Notes under the pieces: model-generated
The model's input: the letters and a program-made list of their open reading frames with translations, nothing else
What the model was told of the DNA's origin: nothing
The model's database searches: none
Assembly: GCA_965223295.1 (NCBI GenBank)
Contig: CBDCWC010000002.1
Location: forward strand, 1,216,001-1,280,000
From: Nitrospirales bacterium
GTDB lineage: Bacteria; Nitrospirota; Nitrospiria; Nitrospirales; UBA8639
Length of the DNA stretch: 64,000 bases
Direction: 5' to 3'
Part shown: piece by piece, positions 38,887 to 49,080 of the stretch
Numbering within the stretch: the first letter of the stretch is position 1
How the letters are laid out: the number at the start of each line of letters is the position of its first letter
Made by a program: the position numbers and the translations under genes

Positions 38887-40017
38887 ATGTCACATGGATT
38901 GTTTGTTCGAGTTGCTATGATACTTGGGCTATGGCTCACTATTTCAACACTTCCCCAGCAAATGTCCTCCTTTCTTGCACCACCTATTGCTCACGCTGAG
39001 GATAAAGAGGCAGAAGACAAAGTTTCCATACATGATATTCAGGCCAAACATGTAAAATTCCCAGTACAATTGTCAGATGGATCAACCCACACTATGGCGG
39101 GAGTCTTCTATGTGAATCCTACACAGTGGGCGATCTGCAGCCATAAAAATACCCCACGCAAGGTCGAAAAATGTTTTTTAAAACTCACAACACTCCAAGT
39201 TCTCGTTCATGGATGGACCTATAACCATAAGTACTGGGACCCTTACGGCGCAGACAAGCCAGGCCGTTCATATGCTCGCTTCATGGCAAAGAAAGGGTAT
39301 CTCGTCCTCGCTCTGGATTTGTTGGGATCTGGGGAATCGAGTGTACCGAATGGAGAAACACTCAATTTCACTGAAAACGTGGGGAGCCTCATACAAGTTC
39401 TTACTCAGATTCGATCGCAACAGCATCTTCAAAAGAATCCTTTTCAACGTATTGCACTCGTCGGGCATTCGGGTGGAACAATTCTCTCTGTCCTTACCGC
39501 AGGAACCGTTCCCAATATCGTTGACTTTTTAATTGCCACCGGGTGGTCATATGTACCCCATCAGGTCTTTCCTCAATCCTTCATCAAACTTTTCCTGCAA
39601 CAAACTCCCTATATTCGTTTTCCTAGTGACATTCGTACCGCGTTGTTCTACTACACACCCAACGCAAAACCACGACAGATTGCCTTTGACAATAGCCAAC
39701 TAGCTGATCAACTTCCTCATGGAGCCTTAGCACAGGGCGTTCCTATACTCGATGCTCTGGAAAATGGAGATATTGAACTCATCAAAGCATTTTCACTGGT
39801 GGACCAAGTCAAGGTTCCAGTTTTAGTGCAGCTCGGAGATATGGATATCATAGCCAAACCCAGCTCGCTGACAGCAGAGGAAGAGTTCTATTCGAGTTCG
39901 CCAGATGTCACCGTCCAGCTATTGGAAAACATGGGACATTCCTTAAACTTACATATCGATAGAAAAACTGGTTGGCGAAACATCAATCGCTGGCTTAAAG
40001 ACCAGCTTTTCAATTGA
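38887..40017 (+). CDS. Secreted alpha/beta hydrolase
   Basis: Signal peptide ending AHA, VHG oxyanion motif, GHSGG nucleophile, GDMD, MGH. Confidence 0.85.
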   Translation: MSHGLFVRVAMILGLWLTISTLPQQMSSFLAPPIAHAEDKEAEDKVSIHDIQAKHVKFPVQLSDGSTHTMAGVFYVNPTQWAICSHKNTPRKVEKCFLKLTTLQVLVHGWTYNHKYWDPYGADKPGRSYARFMAKKGYLVLALDLLGSGESSVPNGETLNFTENVGSLIQVLTQIRSQQHLQKNPFQRIALVGHSGGTILSVLTAGTVPNIVDFLIATGWSYVPHQVFPQSFIKLFLQQTPYIRFPSDIRTALFYYTPNAKPRQIAFDNSQLADQLPHGALAQGVPILDALENGDIELIKAFSLVDQVKVPVLVQLGDMDIIAKPSSLTAEEEFYSSSPDVTVQLLENMGHSLNLHIDRKTGWRNINRWLKDQLFN

Positions 40018-40055
40018 ATCCATAACACGAAATAATCCCTTCCCTCATAGAGAAA

Positions 40056-40095
40056 ACCAACAGTGCACCTGGAAAAACCCAGGTACACTGTTGGT
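40056..40095. terminator. 17-bp-stem hairpin between convergent genes
   Basis: ACCAACAGTGCACCTGG / CCAGGTACACTGTTGGT with one mismatch; no clear U-tract. Confidence 0.5.
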
Positions 40096-40172
40096 GGCCA
40101 GTCAAAATCCACGATCTTCTCGTGAAATAAAAACCGTCTTTAGCGACCTTTTACCGAAAGACTTTCCATTCA

Positions 40173-40212
40173 GGGGCTGTTGAATAATGCTGATATCAAC
40201 GGCCAAATTTCG
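40173..40212 (-). repeat. Partial third copy (tail only) of the 191-bp repeat, inverted
   Basis: GGGGCTGTTGAATAATGCTGATATCAACGGCCAAATTTCG matches the reverse complement of the copy-1 tail, GGGAGTGTTGAATAATGAAGATATCAAGGGCCATATTTCG. Confidence 0.8.
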
Positions 40213-40230
40213 TGTCTGCGACGTGACATG

Positions 40231-41802
40231 TCAGAGGCCTCGGGTCTGCGTTTCTCCTGTTCCAAGAGAGACAAGAATTGGGGTTAAATTGAGATGCTGC
40301 TGAACATGATCAGCCCAACAATCAATGGCATTTGCCCATCTGTCTGACACAGCTTGAGATATTCCCATGTGAAGTGGTTGCAGGCTTTTTCTAACACGAA
40401 CACGATTCAGCCATTGACGACGAAATCTTGGCTGATCAAACACCCCATGAATATAGGTTCCCCACACCAAGCTATTGGCATCTATGGCTCCATCAAATTT
40501 TTTTGGCTTTTTGACGTCTGAACGAGAAGGTTGCGTCGCAAGAGAACCTTTTCCATGTGAAAGGACTTCAAAGGACGGCGACACTCCCGCCCCTCTTTTG
40601 GTTTCACCCATATGAATTTCATAACCTTCAACCAAACTTTCATCAGCCCAAGATTCAGAATGCGGGCGAGCACAAACTTGTCGGGTCTTCTTGAGTGGAA
40701 GAAGTTCCGTCTCCACATCAAGGAAACCAAGTCCCTTTGACGAACTTCCAGTTTCTACATGATGTGGATCTGTGATGGACTTTCCCAACATTTGAAATCC
40801 TCCACAGACCCCGACCATCTCACCACCACCACCTACATGTGCTAAGAACACCTCTTCAAATCCCAGCTCCCGGATATACTGTAAATCCGCTATCGTCGTT
40901 TTACTTCCTGGGAGAATGATGATATCCGCTCCCTGAAGTTCGTGCGGTGACGCGACATAACGAAACGCTACATCTGGCTCCGCGATAAGTTGATTGAAAT
41001 CTGTGAAATTACTCATATGTGGAAGCAATACCACTGCCACATTCACCATCTCTGTTCCAAAAGATGTTCGACGTAATTGTTCAACCCCCACACTATCTTC
41101 TTGATCCAATTCTAGGTTTTGCACATACGGGAGAACTCCTAACACAGGCACACCTGTACGTTCTTCTATGATCTTGATGCCATCATCAAATAACGTCAAA
41201 TCACCCCGAAACTTATTAATCACCACCCCGATCACTCGTCTCCGTTCTTCTGGAGACAACAGATCCATCGTTCCGATCACTTGGGCAAACACGCCACCCT
41301 GATCAATATCTGCCACCAGGGTGACTGAGGCATCTGCCATTTCGACGACTGGCCAATTGACGATGTCACGATCGCGAAGATTCATCTCTGCTGCACTCCC
41401 CGCTCCCTCGATCACAAGCACATCATACATCTCAGCCAATTGGCCATAGCTGGATCGCACCACCTCCCAAAGAACAGCTTTCTGATTGAAGTATGCCCGA
41501 GCCTCTTTCCGCTCCCAGACTTTACCCTGCACAATGACCTGCGACTGATTATCTGCCTCCGGCTTTAACAAGATGGGATTCATCAACACCGAAGGAGTAA
41601 GTCCACAGGCCTGCGCTTGTAATACTTGTGCTCGACCCATTTCCCCTCCTTCGGGCGTCACAAAAGAATTCAACGACATATTTTGAGCTTTGAACGGGGC
41701 CACCTTTACTCCATACCGATGCAGCAATCGACATAGCCCCGTAGTCACCAAGCTCTTCCCCACATCAGAACCCGTCCCTAATATCGCGATCGCCCTGCTC
41801 AT
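40231..41802 (-). CDS. cobQ: Cobyric acid synthase
   Basis: GTGSDVGKS, PFKAQNMS, EGAGS.AE.NL, SNFTDF, GVCGGFQMLG, GTYIHG. Confidence 0.96.
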   Translation of the reverse strand: MSRAIAILGTGSDVGKSLVTTGLCRLLHRYGVKVAPFKAQNMSLNSFVTPEGGEMGRAQVLQAQACGLTPSVLMNPILLKPEADNQSQVIVQGKVWERKEARAYFNQKAVLWEVVRSSYGQLAEMYDVLVIEGAGSAAEMNLRDRDIVNWPVVEMADASVTLVADIDQGGVFAQVIGTMDLLSPEERRRVIGVVINKFRGDLTLFDDGIKIIEERTGVPVLGVLPYVQNLELDQEDSVGVEQLRRTSFGTEMVNVAVVLLPHMSNFTDFNQLIAEPDVAFRYVASPHELQGADIIILPGSKTTIADLQYIRELGFEEVFLAHVGGGGEMVGVCGGFQMLGKSITDPHHVETGSSSKGLGFLDVETELLPLKKTRQVCARPHSESWADESLVEGYEIHMGETKRGAGVSPSFEVLSHGKGSLATQPSRSDVKKPKKFDGAIDANSLVWGTYIHGVFDQPRFRRQWLNRVRVRKSLQPLHMGISQAVSDRWANAIDCWADHVQQHLNLTPILVSLGTGETQTRGL

Positions 41803-41885
41803 ATTTTTTCATCCCTCACGAGAGACTCAGACAAGTATTTATCTCTTTTCAGCATACGGCCTAGCAAAGGAAAGACTCCCGACTT

Positions 41886-42328
41886 TTACAGTCGGTCTTC
41901 GTTATCGTTGTGTTTGATAAGATCGAGCCAAGTGATGATAGGTAGACGATCATCTACCAACAGGCCACATTTCTCTACCAATGCTGACTTGTTTTGATCA
42001 AAAGTTTGCTGAGTCAGGAAGCTTTGGGGTCAAAGGTGAGCACCATATTGTTCCATTCAGCTTTGTCTTCATCTATCAGATTCTTGCCATTGTCCATCAC
42101 CCATTAAGCAATGACCTCATCACTTTCTCCGTCTAAAACCCGCTTATCCTAATCGGCCCTTTGCAGTTCTAGCTTGTCGAGTAAATATCGATCAAAACCA
42201 GTCATCGGGTAATGATAATTTTGGATCTGCCCCGGCATTGTACATGCAAATTTATCGATGAGCCTAACCAAATAACAAAGCCCATTCATTTCATATTTGG
42301 GATTGCGTGGATACTGAGTAGTCAGCAT
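41886..42328 (-). pseudogene. DUF5069-like pseudogene
   Basis: After a GGAGGGAG RBS: MLTTQYPRNPKYEMNGLCYLVRLIDK...YHY..GFDRYLLDKL..*...SDEVIA*WV...EWNNM, then a shifted frame ending ITWLDLI...EDRL*. Two in-frame stops and at least one frameshift. Confidence 0.7.
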
Positions 42329-42450
42329 ACTCCCTCCTGAATCTCTTTGCTATACAATTGCTAAAGACAAACTCCACGTTCAATCGAAAGTACATCTGTT
42401 CTATCTTATCGCTAGCCCGAACCCAAATAGGAATCTCCAGACTTTCTTGA

Positions 42451-44655
42451 CTACACCAACAAGAGCCCAACGGCCCTGGCTTTTTGAGCTGATGAAGAAC
42501 GCCACCATTTATCAAAACCTTTCGGCCCGTCGAACGGAAAACCGGCGCGAATTTCCTTGAACATGGGATAGCGATGGCCGCCAGGCTGATCGTGCGGCGT
42601 GGCTCGTTCGATCAGGTTCAGGAACCACGCGGCTTGTCCACGCTTGAGCTTTACTTCTTCATCCATCGTTCGATTTGGCAAGACAATATGATAGTAGGTC
42701 CCAGTCCCTCGCTCGATATCTGGTCGTCCACCAATCCATACCAGCTTACGCTCCATACGAGAACGGTCCTCTTCTGATCGAGTCTCCAATACTTTCCTGG
42801 CCCATGTTCGCGGCACTTTGGGCTTTGGCGTTCGTTCGGAAAACCATTCCCGCAGGTCCCGATTAAGTTCCAAGCCTTCCTGATAATGCCAGAGGGCCCT
42901 CCGCAAACCCTCGCCAACCCACAAGGGCATAGAAGCCTGGCTGTCCTCATGCACAAGGTTATTTTCCGCGAACCCTTCGAAGACAGGCCCAAGGATCTGA
43001 AGACCTGAAGCCTCAGGATTCAACCCAACAGGGCTGTGCGCCGTTGTCGTAAACCGATGCCAAAAGGCCGACTGAATGAGATCAAGTGAAAATAACTGTC
43101 GAATCCGCTCAAGACTCTCAACCGTTTCACGAATCGTTTCACTGGGCAACCCATACATCAGATAGGCATGCACAAGAATCCCCGCCTCGCGGCAAGCCTT
43201 CACAACTTGGACCGTTTGATTGACCGTAATACCTTTCTTGACCATCGCTAAGAGGCGATCACAAGCTGTTTCTAACCCTGCGCTCAGCGCAATGCATCCT
43301 GAGGCCGCCAACAAACGGCATAAATCCGGCGTAAAGGCAGGCTCGAACCGAACATTCCCCCACCAAGAAATCGTCACACGTCGTTCTAACAAAGAGAGAG
43401 CCAATTGTTTCAAACCTACCGGGGGCGCAGCCTCATCCACGAAATGAAACCCTCGTTTCCCTGTTTCTGAGATTAACGACTCGATACGATCAACCAACAT
43501 ATTCGCAGGTGAACCTTCATACCGACTGATGTAATCTAGCCCCACATCACAGAAAGTGCATTGTTTCCAATAACAGCCATGAGCCACAGTTAGCTTATTC
43601 CAATGTCCATCGGACCAGAGACGGTGCATGGGATTTAATGTATCCAACACCGAGATATATTGCTGAAGGTTCAGACCATCGTAGGTCGGCGTTCCGATTT
43701 CCGCTTGAGACACATCCGCTTCTTTCGCCTTGTTGCGCCACACCACCACTTGACCTGATCTAAGGAAGGTCCGGCAGAGATCGGTCTCCTTTCTTATTCC
43801 TTGCAAATATTCCAACACACACAGAAAAGGCCGCTCGCCATCATCTAACGTGACAAAATCTACCGCTTCAAAGAGACGTGGGTCTTCCACTCGTCGCAAT
43901 TCCGTATTGACATACCCTCCCCCTAGCACAACTTTGATGCCTGGTTTTCGAAGCCGTAACTGCTGTCCCATTCGAAGTGCACCGTAGAGATTGCCTGGAA
44001 AGGGCACGGTGAGACCGACAACAGATGGTTGATACTGATTAATATGACGCCACATGGCTGCGAGCATCCACTCATCAGTCAGACTAGGTGGCTGAACCAA
44101 AGCCTCCGCGAGGCCATCATACGATGTCGCTTGAATAGCGATGGATTCAGCATAACGACTAAGGGCAAAATGTGGAGTGATTGTCGCTTGTACAAGATCA
44201 GCCAAATCCTCTAGATACAACGTAGCCAAGTGTTTCGCCTGATCGGTTTGACTATGCTGAAAACTCATCGATTCCTGGTGACTTGAACCGTTCATGGAAA
44301 ATCGTGGACCCTGAGGAAGAAAGTTAGGCTGACAAATGCGCGAAGCCAACGTCGGATCCTGCCCCTGTAAAAATCGAATCACCGGCTCAATTGTTTCCAC
44401 ATACGCGTACTCTAAACTCAACATTTGGCGAGCTTCTCCCGGCAAATCATTGACAGGCTTCTCTCGAAGGGCATCAAAAACCTGGCTCAACCCTGCTTCT
44501 GAATACAGAGCCAACACCATTTCAATGCCCACGTCAGCCTGCTGAACACGATACCCACGTGACCGCAAAAAACCAGTCAAATATGCAGTCGAGGGATAGG
44601 GTGTGTTGAGTTGCGTCAAAGGCGGGATAATAAGCAGAACCGAGGGGTCAGACAT
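42451..44655 (-). CDS. B12-binding-domain-type radical SAM protein
   Basis: CYWKQCTFC (CxxxCxxC), N-terminal PP..QLNTPYP and VVLGGG Rossmann-like region, FHFVDEA, HAYLMYG.P. Confidence 0.88.
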   Translation of the reverse strand: MSDPSVLLIIPPLTQLNTPYPSTAYLTGFLRSRGYRVQQADVGIEMVLALYSEAGLSQVFDALREKPVNDLPGEARQMLSLEYAYVETIEPVIRFLQGQDPTLASRICQPNFLPQGPRFSMNGSSHQESMSFQHSQTDQAKHLATLYLEDLADLVQATITPHFALSRYAESIAIQATSYDGLAEALVQPPSLTDEWMLAAMWRHINQYQPSVVGLTVPFPGNLYGALRMGQQLRLRKPGIKVVLGGGYVNTELRRVEDPRLFEAVDFVTLDDGERPFLCVLEYLQGIRKETDLCRTFLRSGQVVVWRNKAKEADVSQAEIGTPTYDGLNLQQYISVLDTLNPMHRLWSDGHWNKLTVAHGCYWKQCTFCDVGLDYISRYEGSPANMLVDRIESLISETGKRGFHFVDEAAPPVGLKQLALSLLERRVTISWWGNVRFEPAFTPDLCRLLAASGCIALSAGLETACDRLLAMVKKGITVNQTVQVVKACREAGILVHAYLMYGLPSETIRETVESLERIRQLFSLDLIQSAFWHRFTTTAHSPVGLNPEASGLQILGPVFEGFAENNLVHEDSQASMPLWVGEGLRRALWHYQEGLELNRDLREWFSERTPKPKVPRTWARKVLETRSEEDRSRMERKLVWIGGRPDIERGTGTYYHIVLPNRTMDEEVKLKRGQAAWFLNLIERATPHDQPGGHRYPMFKEIRAGFPFDGPKGFDKWWRSSSAQKARAVGLLLV

Positions 44656-45147
44656 AGCAGACAACACCTACCATATCAAACTTCATTCAAGCTAGCCAGA
44701 TAGGCGTGGGAATTACTCTTATTAATTGTCTATTGAGTACTTCCATGCCAAGACACATTTCTTAAACAAGTGCTTAAAACTGGCTGCTAGTTTGAGCCAA
44801 CAGAAATAGAACAACATAGCGCAATTATTCGTTAGCCTCAGAAAAACTATGAATTGATAGTCAATGGAACAAAACTACGCGACCAGAAGCAGACAGGATT
44901 GACCCATCAGATCCGACTCGCCCCGCCCTGTCGAAAAACTTTTCAGCTCTCTGTTTCTATACTATGGCTATTCTACTCGAACATTGTTGGATATGTTCCG
45001 TTGGCAGACAACCTTTCCCAAGGTCGTTACTCGTACCGACGATTAGAACACGATAGATGTCGATCTTCTTACCCCCAATAGGCCGGTTAACAAAATTTGC
45101 ATGGAGAATCAAGGCTTTAGGATTCTGGGTATGAGGTTCATTGTCGA

Positions 45148-45163
45148 TGGCAATAGTTTTGCT
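45148..45163 (+). promoter_or_regulatory. Sigma54 -24/-12 promoter
   Basis: TGGCAATAGTTTTGCT is near consensus TGGCAC-N5-TTGC, about 85 nt before an ORF with a strong RBS. Confidence 0.62.
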
Positions 45164-45246
45164 TCACTTCAAACGCTCAACATGATCTAGTTGATCGAAA
45201 GATTGAGCCGGTTCAGCAGGCGTTCATCACACAGGAGGAGGAAGAA

Positions 45247-45564
45247 ATGACGTACGCAAATGCTCAGTACATTAATGTGGCTCGTGCCAGCGAAATGCAG
45301 CATCATGAATACACAATGGAACAGCTACAGGCTAAAATTACACAACTCACCAAAGCCGTGACTTGGGAATTAACACAACATCAGGCACGTCTGAAGGAAC
45401 TACAGCAAGTCGAAAATTCACTCAACGCACCAACTCCATCCAAACCATTGCGCACCCATCAGCCAACATTAGATCCTCTTCCTTCTTCAAAGAACCGATG
45501 GATACAGTCGAGAAAATATGTCCGTCGGGCGTTGCATAAGCCAGCTGCTCAGCTTGTGGCATAA
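45247..45564 (+). CDS. Hypothetical coiled-coil protein
   Basis: AGGAGGAG RBS; heptad-like Q/L/E segment. Confidence 0.65.
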   Translation: MTYANAQYINVARASEMQHHEYTMEQLQAKITQLTKAVTWELTQHQARLKELQQVENSLNAPTPSKPLRTHQPTLDPLPSSKNRWIQSRKYVRRALHKPAAQLVA

Positions 45565-45592
45565 CTGAATTGTTTTCGTTCGAGCCATCTGC

Positions 45593-45622
45593 ACCCACCA
45601 AGACACACACACCTTGGTGGGT
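45593..45622. terminator. Hairpin downstream of the 45247 gene
   Basis: ACCCACCAAG / CTTGGTGGGT 10-bp stem. Confidence 0.4.
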
Positions 45623-45784
45623 TCAGCATAGGGCTCAATCACGTTCATTACTCATCAAAATGAGTCAGATCAAGTTTCGAAACAGACCTCGCAGAGAACA
45701 GATAGTCCAAAAAGCAGGCGTAGAAATCAAGCAGGCAGGCTGCAGATAGGGTGTGCAGACTATGTCGAAAAGGAAAGAAAGGGC

Positions 45785-46471
45785 TTATTCTTTTAAGGTG
45801 ATTTGGAGCTGTCCATCCTGAATCCTTAGATCCTCAACACCTTTTGCAAACTGATCCCAAAACCCTCCAGGACCACCGAACTCTTCCACTAAATTGATAT
45901 GCTTAATATCACCCCACCAGGCACTGGGTAATGGAACCCCACCTAAACTAATTCCTTGCATAGCCACGACTGGCTTGCCATTGGCATAACTGAGCTCTAC
46001 ACCAAAATTCAATTTCAATGTTTTGCCCCCAACCAACGGTACTTCGTCATTCACGGGTACAACAAGTTTGACACTGACAAGATCATCAGCCAGATCAACG
46101 GCCACATGTTTTGCCATCTCTGCATCCTTGGCAATAAGCGAATTTAGCTCTCGTTCGGTTAACTGAATTTCTCGTGAAGCCCCCTCTTCAGAATAAAGCT
46201 CAGGTTCAAGTGGATCACCTGAAGACGAAACAGAGGTTTTCGGTAGAGAAGAACGTGGCTGATCACTATGATGCAATTGAGCCATTTTTGACTCTAACGA
46301 TTGTTGCTCTATCTGAGTTAATCGTGTCGGTTCAAACGTCGCGGCATAGAGATACTGATTCACCCACCAGGAAGTGATCAAAGCCGTCCCTAAGACCGTC
46401 ATCCCTATCAGGAGTATCACTTGAGTGCCAGTAAATCGTCTCTGGTTTTTTGTAACTTGCTTTGGTTCCAT
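45785..46471 (-). CDS. Hypothetical membrane-anchored protein
   Basis: Single N-terminal TM; GGGGAG RBS before ATG 46471; GISLGGVPLPSAWWG motif. Confidence 0.7.
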   Translation of the reverse strand: MEPKQVTKNQRRFTGTQVILLIGMTVLGTALITSWWVNQYLYAATFEPTRLTQIEQQSLESKMAQLHHSDQPRSSLPKTSVSSSGDPLEPELYSEEGASREIQLTERELNSLIAKDAEMAKHVAVDLADDLVSVKLVVPVNDEVPLVGGKTLKLNFGVELSYANGKPVVAMQGISLGGVPLPSAWWGDIKHINLVEEFGGPGGFWDQFAKGVEDLRIQDGQLQITLKE

Positions 46472-46764
46472 GTCTATATACTCCCCTTTCGTGTAAAAAA
46501 TCCCAATAACCCTGTGAGGGAAGAACGTCAATGAGGGGATAAGAAGTTTGTTGAAAAGGACAACTCACTTCTAGGCATTTTTTTCTCTCTTTATCCAACC
46601 ATGTTTTCCATCGTTTCATCAAGTTGATGCCTGTTCCTTTTCTATGACTCATTTTCAAGAGATAAAACGCGTGAGCAGACTTTACTAATCGCAACAGACC
46701 AGATATGGTTGAGAAAATTATTTACCCCCCCCTCGTCACCAAAGCACATTCTAGGAGGTTTTCT

Positions 46765-47202
46765 ATGGGATTATTTGATTTTGTTCGAACCATTGGCGAA
46801 AAGATTTTTGGCGGAAGCGATGACCCTGCGACAAAGATTCGCGAACACCTTGAATCTCGAGCCTTGGGTATCACGGACCTAAAAGTTGATTATCAGAAAG
46901 ACGACGGAAAGGTCTTTTTATATGGCCAGGCCCCGAGTCCCGAGGCCAAAGAAAAAGCCGTGTTATTAGCAGGCAACGTGAAAGGCGTCGCCGAAGTTTT
47001 TGCCGAAAAACTGACGGCTCCCGAGCAAAAGGCCAAAGTCGAATACTATACAATCCAATCAGGGGATACCCTATCAAAAATTGCGAAACAATATTTGGGT
47101 GATGCGATGGCCTATCCAAAAATTTTTGAAGCCAACCGTGAAGTCATTCAAGATCCCAACAAAATTTACCCAGGGCAAAAAATTCGTATTCCCCTGGGCT
47201 AA
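46765..47202 (+). CDS. kbp: BON-LysM protein (Kbp/YgaU family)
   Basis: MGLFDFV..IGEKIF, KEKAVLLAGNV, YTIQSGDTLSKIAK, IFEAN...PNKIYPGQ; AGGAGG RBS. Confidence 0.88.
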   Translation: MGLFDFVRTIGEKIFGGSDDPATKIREHLESRALGITDLKVDYQKDDGKVFLYGQAPSPEAKEKAVLLAGNVKGVAEVFAEKLTAPEQKAKVEYYTIQSGDTLSKIAKQYLGDAMAYPKIFEANREVIQDPNKIYPGQKIRIPLG

Positions 47203-47236
47203 CCTCTTCAACAGTCTGATACAGTCTTTCAGACAG

Positions 47237-47273
47237 CGAAGGCTTTTCGGAAACCTTTTCCGAAAAGCCTTCG
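47237..47273. terminator. Perfect 17-bp-stem hairpin after kbp
   Basis: CGAAGGCTTTTCGGAAA-CCT-TTTCCGAAAAGCCTTCG. Confidence 0.6.
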
Positions 47274-47496
47274 TGTCATTGAGCTTTTTCCTATTCCAAA
47301 CCAATACATACGTTTTAGCCATCGCAGATTAGTTCAGACTGGGCTGCAGCATCAGAAAACATAATGGCAGCAAATACGTATATTTACGTATGAAACTCCA
47401 ATCTTCATTGAATTAAGCTTTAAACCCCTCTTATTCTTCTGCTCAACGCAGAAATTTCGTTTTTATACTTTTACCCAGATGAAAGGAGTGCTTCTC

Positions 47497-48051
47497 ATGA
47501 ATCTGTTAGATACGATTCTCAATGCAGGCGGCGGTGCGGTTGTACAAAACATGTCAAAATCATTAGGTCTTGGGGAATCACAAACACAAAGTGCTTTAGG
47601 CCAACTTCTCCCCGCAGTAGCCAGAGCCATTGGGAAAAACGGTTCTTCCGGAGACGGGTTAAGCGCATTGATGGGAGCATTAGGTAAAGGTAACCATCAA
47701 CGGTACTTGAACGACCCAAGTGCGTTAAGCCACGAAGATTGTGCAAGAGAAGGCAATGGCATCTTGGGACATCTTTTTGGCAGTAAAGACGTGAGTCGCG
47801 GCATTGCTACTCGCGCCGCAGAAAAAACAGGGGTTGGCGCAGACATTTTAAAAAAAATGTTACCCATGGTGGCCTCAGTGGCTATGGGAGCCCTCAGCCA
47901 AAAGGCTGCCAGGTCAGGCATGCTGGGCGCACAGCAAGCCCAAGCACGACCATCAGGCTTAGGTGGGTTATCTTCATTTTTGGATTTTGATGGAGATGGT
48001 TCCATTGCTGATGATTTACTGGGGATTGCTGCCAAGAAATTTTTCAGTTGA
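47497..48051 (+). CDS. DUF937-family protein
   Basis: GNGILGHLFG, KKMLPMVA, C-terminal LDFDGDGSIADD. Confidence 0.78.
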   Translation: MNLLDTILNAGGGAVVQNMSKSLGLGESQTQSALGQLLPAVARAIGKNGSSGDGLSALMGALGKGNHQRYLNDPSALSHEDCAREGNGILGHLFGSKDVSRGIATRAAEKTGVGADILKKMLPMVASVAMGALSQKAARSGMLGAQQAQARPSGLGGLSSFLDFDGDGSIADDLLGIAAKKFFS

Positions 48052-48113
48052 TGAGACTGCCCGAAATAGATTCACACGCATCACCTTGCAATAGAGAATA
48101 GAGGCATGAGTAC

Positions 48114-48992
48114 ATGCGATTAGGTTCATTTGGACAACGCAGAGGAACGGGCGGCCAACCACGCCGACGCATGAGTTGGAAAGTCCGACTCATTCCTATC
48201 GTTCTTTTTGCCATCTATGGCCTATACTATTACGTATCTAACCAAGAAACCGTTCCTATAACTGGCCGTTCACAGTTAGTGGATATGACCAGGGAACAAG
48301 AAATGTCTCTTGGGCTGCAGTCCTATCAAGAAATTCTTGGCAAGTCCCAGGTATTGCAACAAGGCGAAGTCGTCGATCTAGTCAAATCTATCGGCCGAAA
48401 ATTAGCCAACGCGGCTGTAAACGTTGACCCTGGGTTTAACTGGGAATTTAATGTGATCAAATCCGAACAGGCCAATGCCTTTGCCTTACCTGGGGGAAAA
48501 ACAGCAGTCTACACAGGGTTACTTCCAGTCGCTGAAAATGCCAACGGGCTGGCGGTGGTCATGGGTCATGAAATTGCCCATGCCATCGCCCGCCATGGCG
48601 CCGAGCGAATGGCGTATCAGAAACTCGTTCAAATTGGGTCGATGGCCGCCAGCGTCGCGTTGGGAGATATGGATTACCAAACTCAGCGGGCAGTCATGGG
48701 TGCTTTAGGGGTCGGCACTCAATATGGTGTTCTCCTACCCTTCTCTCGCGACCATGAATCGGAAGCTGACTATATGGGCCTTCTGTTTGTCGCCCGCGCC
48801 TGTTTCGATCCGACAGAAGCCCCAAAACTCTGGGAACGCATGGGACAAATGAGCCAAGGGAAGCAACCCTCTGAATTTATGTCCACTCATCCCAGTCATG
48901 AAACGCGCATCAAACAATTTGAGGAATGGATGCCTGAAGCTCTCGCCCTCCGCGATCAACATTGCAACTCTCGACCTTCGACTAGACCCTAA
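48114..48992 (+). CDS. M48-family metallopeptidase
   Basis: NAFALPGG, GHEIAHA, FSRDHESEAD, STHPSH. Confidence 0.92.
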   Translation: MRLGSFGQRRGTGGQPRRRMSWKVRLIPIVLFAIYGLYYYVSNQETVPITGRSQLVDMTREQEMSLGLQSYQEILGKSQVLQQGEVVDLVKSIGRKLANAAVNVDPGFNWEFNVIKSEQANAFALPGGKTAVYTGLLPVAENANGLAVVMGHEIAHAIARHGAERMAYQKLVQIGSMAASVALGDMDYQTQRAVMGALGVGTQYGVLLPFSRDHESEADYMGLLFVARACFDPTEAPKLWERMGQMSQGKQPSEFMSTHPSHETRIKQFEEWMPEALALRDQHCNSRPSTRP

Positions 48993-49080
48993 TAGACAGC
49001 CTCGATATTTCCAATCTGTCAATTTTGGGAAAACCCACGATCCTCGTGCATTTCAAGGCCCTGCAAAAACAACCTCTAGC

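Noticed and set aside
41886..42328. Recoding (Sec/Pyl or alternative code) of the DUF5069-like frame
   Set aside because: Mixed TAG and TAA stops plus a frameshift indicate decay; neighbouring genes use all three stops normally.
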